Positions 19,401-26,528 of a stretch of 37,582 nucleotides of DNA are shown here, piece by piece. Under the pieces are notes generated by a model. That model ran no database searches and was not told where the DNA came from. It was given only the letters and a program-made list of their open reading frames with translations. Each line of letters opens with the position of its first letter. Within the stretch, counting starts at the first letter, position 1. The DNA comes from a virus (Duplodnaviria > Caudoviricetes). The position numbers and the translations under genes are program-made. The stretch is from IMG/VR virus record IMGVR_UViG_3300046721_000217, positions 1-37,582 of that record. One strand, given 5' to 3'.

Positions 19401-22400
19401 TGAGGAGTCCGAGGTAGACGATTCCATTGCCCAGCTGTGGAAGCCGGGGGGTCTGGTCGACCAGTTGAATCAGGAAATGGGTGAGGACACAACCAAGATC
19501 TACACCCAAGCAGATTTGATGCCTCCTCCAGCGCCGTCCCGTAATGTGCCACGGCAGATGCGGGAAGAGACAGACGAGGAGTGGGCGGAGCGGGCAGCAC
19601 GATGGAAAGCCCGCCAGGAGGAAGCGAAGCGATCCAAGAAGGCAGTAAAGGTCGGCCCTCGTCAGGTCCAGGAAGAAGAAGATCGGAACACTACCGGTCA
19701 CGGCTTCGACGAGCAGGGTGTTCCGCATGTGTGGACCCGCGACTCGAAAGGGAACGTCCAGACGGTCCCGTTGTCCTCCATCGTCGTACGGATGCCGCGG
19801 CCGGGTGAACACCTTGAGATCAGTGCGCACCCGGACGGCTCCGCCCGCCATGCACTGATCCATGTGGAACGGCCGGACTACGAGACACAGATCTCCATGC
19901 AAGGGTACGGGGATTTCAATCCGAAGTCCTACTTCACGTCCATGTTCTTCAAGAACGTCGACCATGAGCAGACGCATGGTAACGAGGTGCGAGCGTTCTT
20001 CCACAAGGGTGGAATTACCCTCTCAGTGACACCCGGGGAGAAGATCTGGGAAGAGCGGGGCTTCTATGGAGACCCAATCGGGGAGTACGGTTGGCTTGAC
20101 TCTATCGACTGGAGGAGACAGCCATCAAAGCCGGGCTATGCCGGGGGCGGTTCAGCTACTGGGCACCTGGCAGGCTCCGAGGTCAAGCCGAAGCTGGTCA
20201 AGATGAAGGGTGGCGGTACTGCTATAGAGGGGACCCGCATCGGTGATCCGAGACCATCTAGGGCAGCGGGAACCGAGCAGGGGATGTGGATGAACGCCGG
20301 GGCAGGGAAGGGTGAGGACGAAGCTTACCCCGCTCTGACAAAGGCAGCGAAGGAAGCTACGAAGCAGCAACTCAGCTTTGGTCCAGTTCGCGATCCCACA
20401 ACAGGTGACCTGTCTTACTTCGCCCCCCGGCCGAAGAACGAGAAGTGGAAGCCGTACGCAGGGTTCATCCCGGGGCCGATGCGGGATGAGCGGTGGTCGA
20501 GGAACTACTATACGGGGGGCTGGGAGCCGCAAGTCCGTCCGTTCGCAGGTCGAGAGACTCGGATTGACAATCCCTTCCAGCCACAGGTGCCAACACCGAA
20601 CGTGAAGTACTATCGGAAGGGCAGCGCGTTCGCTGGGAAGATCAAGTCCGTCGACTCGGGCGAGACGATCCCGCACGCCGAGACGTCATCAAGGGCAGCG
20701 TGGAAGGTCCGCCGGGGTAAAGAGTTCACTCGCATGACTCCTACGAAATGGGATGTCGAGGGTGAACCGATCGAGATGGGACCCAGTATCGGCATCTCCA
20801 GGATGGGCCCGGAGGACAGGTCGAAGCAGAAACCCTGGCCGGACTTCGAGATCCACCCGGACTACCATGGGCACGCGGAGTTGGCGGATGCGATCAAGTC
20901 GGCCCGAATCCTACTACGACACGGTGTGGATGGGGATACTCCTGTGGCCGTGATGGCTGCGTACACCCAGCACCAGCCGAATTGGACGTCTACCCGGCCC
21001 TGGACCGTACAGGAGCTGGCGGATCATCAGCCACCCCAGATCAGTCTGACACGGCTGCGGGACGAGGCAACACCTAGGGGCATCGAGACGTACGTAGATG
21101 GACCACGGATGATCCTCCGCGCTGCCGACGGCTCTTGGGAGAAGACCTTTGACTCACATCTCGCAGCGGCCCGCTTCGTGGAAAAGATGCCCGGACGGGT
21201 ACTGGATAGACCACTGGACGATGCGTTCGAACAGGCGTTGGGCATCGGGAAATCCCGTAGCTTCGACGCCGACGTCGACGCAGGTGCCTTCCACAAGGTC
21301 GATCTTCAGGAGACCGCGACCAAGGAACTTATCGCAGGGAAGCGACCGCTGATCGTCCTACATGGAGAGGATCCGACGTCCATCTCGAACGCAATCCGTG
21401 CGATTGAGATGATGAACGATCTTCCTCCCGGGACCCACACAGTGCTGCCGTTGAAGGGCACTGGGCACGGGAAGAACGCGGTTGCTATCTATGATACATT
21501 GAGAGCCCGCCAGATGTTGGGCTCCGTGAAGGAAGATGTTGCCCGTCTCGGAGTAAATACGGAGCAGCCGTTCCAGGACGTCCTGCAGGAACTGAGTAAC
21601 AAGAAGTGGGGTCTCGCAGCCCTCTTCGGACGGCCGGAGGGTCCACAGCAGGCCCTGCACTACTCGTGGCTTCGGGAGCACGGGATGAGGGAGTCCTGGA
21701 CCCGCGGGAAACTGACACAGGACTCGATGGGCCCGTACAGGACATTCGATCCGAACGAGATCCTCCTCTCCCGCCGTGGTGGCCCCGGGTCCATGTTCGC
21801 CGGTGGTGAACCGCCCCCGCCATACAATCCGACGTTGGACTTGGAGGACGTGATCCCCGGGTTCCACCCTGATGCACGTATGCACATGCCGCCCGGACCA
21901 GGGATGGCAGAGCCTGAACACCCCGGTTGGTACGGTGACATGCACCCGGAGACAGAGGATGCAACGTACCACGACTGGGGCTGGGGTAAGGGCGACGAAG
22001 CAGCCGAAGCAGCCGAAGCAACCGGTGGCGACGCCGGAGGGGGCGGAGAAGGCGGGGGCGGAGGAGGTCTTCCTACTGGTCCACCGGATACGCCAGAGCA
22101 GAAACGAATCGCGGAGGGCTTCAAGTCCGTCTTCAGCGGCCCGTTCAACCAGCTAGCGCACTTCTTCCGTGTACCCGCGGAGATGTTCAAGGAGTGGGAA
22201 GTACGTAGCGGGATTCCGTTCTCTACGTGGTTCACAGCGATCGAAGACCGGCGGAGTGCCGTCGAAGCCACAATGGGACCCCTCATGGAGAACATGCATG
22301 AGTTGTTCCGTGGCACTACCCAGGACCTTCGGGAAGCAGCCCAGCAGGTCTTCGATGCGCACGCGACGGGCAAGATGCAGGACATTGCGCACATCACGGA

Positions 22401-24015
22401 CGATGCGGCCCTGGCACTCGGAGAGAAGGCCCACGAGTTCTTTACCCGCTGGATGACCGAGACGATGGGTCACAGCAAGGAGGACGTCGAGGCCTTGTTG
22501 AAGGAGCTCCCGCAGATTCGTAAGTCAGGGCAAAGCTTTTCGGACTACAAAGGTTCCCGCGGTCTCGGGCTTCCTAAGCTTCTGACAACGGAGTCGAAGA
22601 GCTTCGAGAAAGGCGCGGTGATCCTGAGCAACCGGGAGATGGACGTCCGGAAGAACTTGATCCGGATGGGTCGGGCATTCACGAACGAGAAGGAGATGAT
22701 GCCCACCTGGTCAGCGATCAGCAAGGCGTATCAGGCGTACAAGATGGTTGATACCCCGCTGACTGACTCCGGGGCGTTCACCGTGTTCGACTCGTACATC
22801 CGGAGTGCGCTGCATCAGCAGGACCACGTGTCGAACACGATCGCTAACGTGTTCAAGAAGGTCGCAGAGAAGCTCGAAGGCATCGGGGTCATCTCGGACG
22901 CGGATGCAACTGACTTTACGTCGGTGATCCTGGGCGCCGGGTACTTTGCGAACATGGCCTTCGGTCCTGGTAACGTAATGCGGAACGCGTTGCAGACGCT
23001 TCAGACGGGAACCGGCCTCGGCGTAGGACCGTGGGCACATGGGTTCAAGCAGGCCATGAAGTATCTACGGGATCCGGACTTCGAGCAGGAGCTGCTGCAC
23101 AGGGGAATCATCACCCGGGATCGTACTGCACAGATGTGGGCGGATGCGCGAGGTGCCAATGAGATGATCATGAACCTCGAAGGGTCATCTTCGAAGATCA
23201 TCGCGAACACAACCCGCCTCGCTTCGATGGGTACGGCACCGTTCAAGAAGGTGGAAGACCTGAACCACATCATCGCGTACTACTCCCAGCACCAGCTCGC
23301 GGAGAAGTTCGGGAAGCAGTACCACGCGGGTAAAATCACGTGGGATGAGTTCCTCGAGAAGTCGTACATCGACATGAGGGACATGAAGGACGGGCCGACG
23401 CATCGGGGCATCAAGGAGGCCCTGGACGCGGGCGAGATTGATGTCGCAGCTGACATTGCGTCGATTGACTACATGAACGCCACCCAGTTCAAGTACCGCC
23501 GGGGTGTCACGCCGTACTGGATGCAGAACACCGTAGGCCGAATGGCCGGACAGTATGGCACGTGGCCGTCCTACTTCGCAGAGTACGCCTACGACTCGAT
23601 GACCCGCGGGTCCGTCAAGAACCGGATGAAGGTCGCCGCTCGTTGGGCAGCCGCCAATGCCGCCATGTACGAGATCGGATCCCAGGCGTTCGGGGTCGAT
23701 ATGGGCCGCTGGCTCTTCTTCAGCCCCTTCGGGTACACAGGTGGTCCGATGGTAGAGGTTGCGGGGCAAGCCCTTTCAACGACGAACATGCTGGTCCAGG
23801 GTCAGATCGACATGACGGGCCAAGCGAAGAAGGGGGCGGATCCGGCAGACGCCATTGCACTAGCGAGGTTTAAGAACTCGTGGCAACAGTTCGTCCCGCT
23901 GCCGACCGGGCAGTACAACCGGACGATGCGAGCGTTGGACCAGATCCAGCTGGGGGATTGGTCGAAGGGAACCAAGTACTTCCTTGGATTCCCCCCGATC
24001 AAAGACACGTATTAG
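16480..24015 (+). CDS. Giant internal virion protein with N-terminal GH24-like lysozyme
   Basis: REG...AYEDAGDWAIGYG...ITQEEA...NQHQYDSLIS...GLIRRRKAE; P/M- and G-rich linkers; helical C-terminal region (TQFKY...GRMAGQYGTWP). Confidence 0.8.
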   Translation: MPTKDEINARAAELLKNSNYRWASEMEPSPELIEKLKGPREGNFQEDAYEDAGDWAIGYGMQYWKGKKVHEGMHITQEEADEEFDRQLHTIYKPRLDNALKIPVNQHQYDSLISVSWNSPAAGENLAKKMNAGKVLGEHDFTASATIKGEPDKGLIRRRKAEYADFQAPDDTPPVSDQRRMEPGPVAAAVPAPPSTMPVEDVPQQEMPPTDTSPQRFDPRIDPGVSGPMSAPQAPMPPQQFPMGRAPRMSGPAAPVAPGQPGVQMSPQQMPMTQPGPMQPPMPPPGTFPFAGGPNASFTDPRSVKVTNPASEAIPEPEGRPTLFGIAPPKDNSLGPRTVSEDVEMKEILDSLRPMPGPTVQQMRQFAQDHSKMGIDYTHPGQEAEDAVGPKVNTYMAPGDLAAASGRSAALGLAQAIIGPFGSLAPNTWKSLTLAQQEQQQKLKGYLSTDEMTKAMSGPFGPPTDTTRGLLTATPALAGEVVGSFIPGEPIIKGADKFARLAVKSPFARKFVAAAVGTTAFSAFANIEPGESRSVMIGKNLALFGAMDLAFRHIGTGLQEELGGVYHDTVDRVAKATGKAADQAEDALIAMRANPANGNIATAKAVINIGAEDANVRMSPLYNAAAKVYENEIQKHFPKNLVLDPMLGDNFGVKFNLSIGDQPLTPVHLTSNPQDHGQFAKQVATIREQISKAWEQGTPIKVDNIQIGNEGTKSRFLNLMYRPITDAKEMVPGAAKVNTAAFGGTMPKPGDTVHVVTADGTAVHTVVESPLPRTYDAAGTRPFVPGGTIDEATESLNPSTGRIHRKEDPNTRLRARVAAAPPTGVDQWAATESRGTGRNPDEEFWVDRPSGGGEPPSGGGGGGDEGPSPFTPKNIDADFTPREFAMDLFHRIKADGGTSYLDPQRGGKSLAEVIAITADRLGMINSPEDVFDIITRPRREVMKEFLERLAANQADQRQAAREFSTAARGMAAHAEESEVDDSIAQLWKPGGLVDQLNQEMGEDTTKIYTQADLMPPPAPSRNVPRQMREETDEEWAERAARWKARQEEAKRSKKAVKVGPRQVQEEEDRNTTGHGFDEQGVPHVWTRDSKGNVQTVPLSSIVVRMPRPGEHLEISAHPDGSARHALIHVERPDYETQISMQGYGDFNPKSYFTSMFFKNVDHEQTHGNEVRAFFHKGGITLSVTPGEKIWEERGFYGDPIGEYGWLDSIDWRRQPSKPGYAGGGSATGHLAGSEVKPKLVKMKGGGTAIEGTRIGDPRPSRAAGTEQGMWMNAGAGKGEDEAYPALTKAAKEATKQQLSFGPVRDPTTGDLSYFAPRPKNEKWKPYAGFIPGPMRDERWSRNYYTGGWEPQVRPFAGRETRIDNPFQPQVPTPNVKYYRKGSAFAGKIKSVDSGETIPHAETSSRAAWKVRRGKEFTRMTPTKWDVEGEPIEMGPSIGISRMGPEDRSKQKPWPDFEIHPDYHGHAELADAIKSARILLRHGVDGDTPVAVMAAYTQHQPNWTSTRPWTVQELADHQPPQISLTRLRDEATPRGIETYVDGPRMILRAADGSWEKTFDSHLAAARFVEKMPGRVLDRPLDDAFEQALGIGKSRSFDADVDAGAFHKVDLQETATKELIAGKRPLIVLHGEDPTSISNAIRAIEMMNDLPPGTHTVLPLKGTGHGKNAVAIYDTLRARQMLGSVKEDVARLGVNTEQPFQDVLQELSNKKWGLAALFGRPEGPQQALHYSWLREHGMRESWTRGKLTQDSMGPYRTFDPNEILLSRRGGPGSMFAGGEPPPPYNPTLDLEDVIPGFHPDARMHMPPGPGMAEPEHPGWYGDMHPETEDATYHDWGWGKGDEAAEAAEATGGDAGGGGEGGGGGGLPTGPPDTPEQKRIAEGFKSVFSGPFNQLAHFFRVPAEMFKEWEVRSGIPFSTWFTAIEDRRSAVEATMGPLMENMHELFRGTTQDLREAAQQVFDAHATGKMQDIAHITDDAALALGEKAHEFFTRWMTETMGHSKEDVEALLKELPQIRKSGQSFSDYKGSRGLGLPKLLTTESKSFEKGAVILSNREMDVRKNLIRMGRAFTNEKEMMPTWSAISKAYQAYKMVDTPLTDSGAFTVFDSYIRSALHQQDHVSNTIANVFKKVAEKLEGIGVISDADATDFTSVILGAGYFANMAFGPGNVMRNALQTLQTGTGLGVGPWAHGFKQAMKYLRDPDFEQELLHRGIITRDRTAQMWADARGANEMIMNLEGSSSKIIANTTRLASMGTAPFKKVEDLNHIIAYYSQHQLAEKFGKQYHAGKITWDEFLEKSYIDMRDMKDGPTHRGIKEALDAGEIDVAADIASIDYMNATQFKYRRGVTPYWMQNTVGRMAGQYGTWPSYFAEYAYDSMTRGSVKNRMKVAARWAAANAAMYEIGSQAFGVDMGRWLFFSPFGYTGGPMVEVAGQALSTTNMLVQGQIDMTGQAKKGADPADAIALARFKNSWQQFVPLPTGQYNRTMRALDQIQLGDWSKGTKYFLGFPPIKDTY

Positions 24016-24419
24016 ATGGGATCCGTCACCGGAGCCTCCTCCGGTGACGACTCTTCCAGGGCCTTCGTGATTTCCTTCTCCAAGTCCTTCTTCTTGATCC
24101 CCAGGCTGTAGTACAAACGGCTGTACAGAGCCTGGGGCGACACACCCAGTTGCTTGGCGGTCGTTGGGATGCCCTGCTGTTTGATCTTCAGCAGGAGGTC
24201 ATTCGTCACCTGAACCTTCACACTGTTAGGCCCGCCCCTCTTTCGGATTTCGAGTTGGAGGGACTTGAGCCTGCTTCTCACTGTGTGGGGCGAGCATGCG
24301 AACTTCAAGGACAGCTGGCTGATCGAGAGTTTTCGCTTCTCGTACAGCTCCTTCCACATCTCCACTTCTCCGGGGAACCCTAGCGACTGTGCGAGTGCTT
24401 CCCATTGGGTCATTTCCAT
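24012..24419 (-). CDS. Helix-turn-helix DNA-binding protein
   Basis: Two HTH-like segments: LSISQLSLKFACSPHTVRSRL and IPTTAKQLGVSPQALYSRL. Confidence 0.75.
   Translation of the reverse strand: MEMTQWEALAQSLGFPGEVEMWKELYEKRKLSISQLSLKFACSPHTVRSRLKSLQLEIRKRGGPNSVKVQVTNDLLLKIKQQGIPTTAKQLGVSPQALYSRLYYSLGIKKKDLEKEITKALEESSPEEAPVTDPI
24024..24049. terminator. Perfect 11-bp hairpin at the convergence point (possible terminator or pause site)
   Basis: CGTCACCGGAG-cctc-CTCCGGTGACG, starting 9 nt after the + strand stop; no strong U-tract. Confidence 0.45.
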
Positions 24420-25798
24420 CCCTCAGGCGTCAGGAAGTACGACTTTGTTTTCTGGTCGTACTCGATTAGCTTGGCCTGGCGCATAGTGTCCACGCGCTCC
24501 CGGAACATCCGAGAGTCCATTTTGTTACTGTTCAGGCGGAGCCACTTGCTGTGTTCAAGAGTCCCTCCGTGATTCTTGACCTGCTTGAGCATCCGGGCAT
24601 GGTCCTCCCCGATGTTGCTCTGCGTCAGCTGTTCGAACGTGGCGGGCAGCCACAGCTCCAGCCACTCGAGTATCCGTAGCGCCTGCTTCAGGTGGTGCAC
24701 GTTCAGCTTCTGTGGATCGCCATGTTCCGACGCCGCTAGGATCATCGCGAGTCGAATCATGTGGTCGGGTTTCCTTTCGGAGTAGCCCGCGAACTGCCGC
24801 TCCTCATTCCCGGCGCCGTGTTTGCTGTTGTACCACTCTTCATACCAAGCACGTGTATCAGCGTTCCCAGTATAGAAGGGTACTTCTCCACGGGCACGAG
24901 TAAGAGCAATGAGACCATTACGGAGTTTGGCCTTGAGCAGCTCATCTGGTGGAGGAGGGATTGGAAAGGATCGTGGTGTATCCTCTTGCACAACGAATAG
25001 CAAGCGGGACATGAAACCACCCCCGAAAGCATCACGCGGTATGGCTGTTTGGATCCAATCCAACGTCGATGCCCCGAGGAACGACAGGGCAACATTGTTC
25101 AGCTTCAATTCTCCCCGTCCTATGGTTAACGAACTCCATTCGGCCGGGGCGTCGAATAGAGACGTCAGCATTGGGATCATGCCCTCCTGGTATTTCTGCT
25201 TCCCCAGAAAGACCGCCAGCTCCGGGGCATATAGTAGCCCGCAGGCTGTCTCTCGCTCACGGAAAGCTTCCACCAGAGCCTCAGGCGTAGCCTTGTCAGC
25301 AATGACTTGTCCTCCGAAAGAGCGTACGAGACCCACACTAATATTGCATGCGCTCGTCTTTCTGCACTTTCCGGAAGGGGCCACCAAAACGACGCAGAGG
25401 TTTGGGTAGACGGAGTAGTGACCCTTACGGACGTATACATTACGCTGCATAGCGGCACCGATAGCAACCAGCCCCGCAAAGAAGTGGAAGACGGTAGGTG
25501 GTTCTGTACTCCGGGTGAATTCCACGTAGTCTCGAATCCACCCTGAGGAAGGGACAAGGTTATCGAAATCCGGTATCTTGGTTTTGGGCTGGAGTCGACT
25601 GTCGAGGGTTTTGTCATCGAGTAGGAACTTCTCCTTTATCAGAAGCAGGAGTTCTATGGGACGGCCGCCGGGGGGAACGTCACGTACCCAGTCAAGGATC
25701 TTGTCCAGCGACGAGTCACCAGATGACGTGACGGTCCGCGAACGAAGATGCTGCATCAGCAGTTTGACCTGTTCAGACAGGGGTACAGGGTTTGGCAT
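24410..25798 (-). CDS. DUF3987-like P-loop ATPase / putative replicative helicase
   Basis: EPPTVFH...YPNLCVVLVAPSGKCRKTS, ATPEAL and GGGFMSR motifs; winged-helix-like C-terminus. Confidence 0.7.
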   Translation of the reverse strand: MPNPVPLSEQVKLLMQHLRSRTVTSSGDSSLDKILDWVRDVPPGGRPIELLLLIKEKFLLDDKTLDSRLQPKTKIPDFDNLVPSSGWIRDYVEFTRSTEPPTVFHFFAGLVAIGAAMQRNVYVRKGHYSVYPNLCVVLVAPSGKCRKTSACNISVGLVRSFGGQVIADKATPEALVEAFRERETACGLLYAPELAVFLGKQKYQEGMIPMLTSLFDAPAEWSSLTIGRGELKLNNVALSFLGASTLDWIQTAIPRDAFGGGFMSRLLFVVQEDTPRSFPIPPPPDELLKAKLRNGLIALTRARGEVPFYTGNADTRAWYEEWYNSKHGAGNEERQFAGYSERKPDHMIRLAMILAASEHGDPQKLNVHHLKQALRILEWLELWLPATFEQLTQSNIGEDHARMLKQVKNHGGTLEHSKWLRLNSNKMDSRMFRERVDTMRQAKLIEYDQKTKSYFLTPEGWK

Positions 25799-25799
25799 C

Positions 25800-26528
25800 T
25801 TACATGTACTTACGGGCGAATGCTACGTTGAAGAAGATGTTGGCGAACTGCTCGGAGTCGAACTTCTTCCCGTTGTGATCCAGGAGGCCCTTCCCCCGCA
25901 GCTCGGTGTACTCGTCGATTGCTTGTTTGGCGATCCCGAACTTGACCAGTTTGCCGGTGTCCACGGACGTCCTGTGTGAGATGCCCAGATCGTTGAACAG
26001 GTCAGCGAACAGCTTCATCTCCTGCAGGGACTTCATTCCGAGGAGGTGGATCCTCGGCGGCCACTTAATGTGCTTCGGAGTCGCGTCCACCAGCTCGGAG
26101 AAGTTGCTGTATCGTTCGGACTTGAACGGGAGGCAGAGGAGGTGGGTGTCACTTCGGACCGCGTTGAAGAAAGATACGCGCTCCTCTCGAGTCTTACCCT
26201 GAAGAACGGTTCCCAGCTTGTACGCCGATCCGAGCTTCTTCTTTGTGGCGGTGAAACCTTCGTACGTACGGGCCGCGTCGCCGAGCCAGTCAGGCGCAAT
26301 GACCACGTTGGGGGCGCATCGTTCCGCGGCCTCCGCAATCTCAGTGAGAGACAGAGGCTCACCTCTCTCGTGGAAGCCGTTGTCCAGGATCTTGAAGCGG
26401 GTGGACTTCCGGAAGAACTCGGCATAGTCTGGATCCTCCAACACGAACTGTGCCAGGATGAAATCCAGGTCCACCAGGCTTGAGATTGTCTTGAGCAACG
26501 CCGTAGGTATTTCCATCGATAACTTCAT
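25800..26528 (-). CDS. TGT/DpdA-fold guanine transglycosylase-like protein (short, divergent)
   Basis: Ordered TIM-barrel motifs ILDNG, IAPD, VLQG, IHLLG and SVDT parallel the TGT DSGG, D, QG, LMG and catalytic D motifs; que genes lie nearby. Confidence 0.7.
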   Translation of the reverse strand: MKLSMEIPTALLKTISSLVDLDFILAQFVLEDPDYAEFFRKSTRFKILDNGFHERGEPLSLTEIAEAAERCAPNVVIAPDWLGDAARTYEGFTATKKKLGSAYKLGTVLQGKTREERVSFFNAVRSDTHLLCLPFKSERYSNFSELVDATPKHIKWPPRIHLLGMKSLQEMKLFADLFNDLGISHRTSVDTGKLVKFGIAKQAIDEYTELRGKGLLDHNGKKFDSEQFANIFFNVAFARKYM

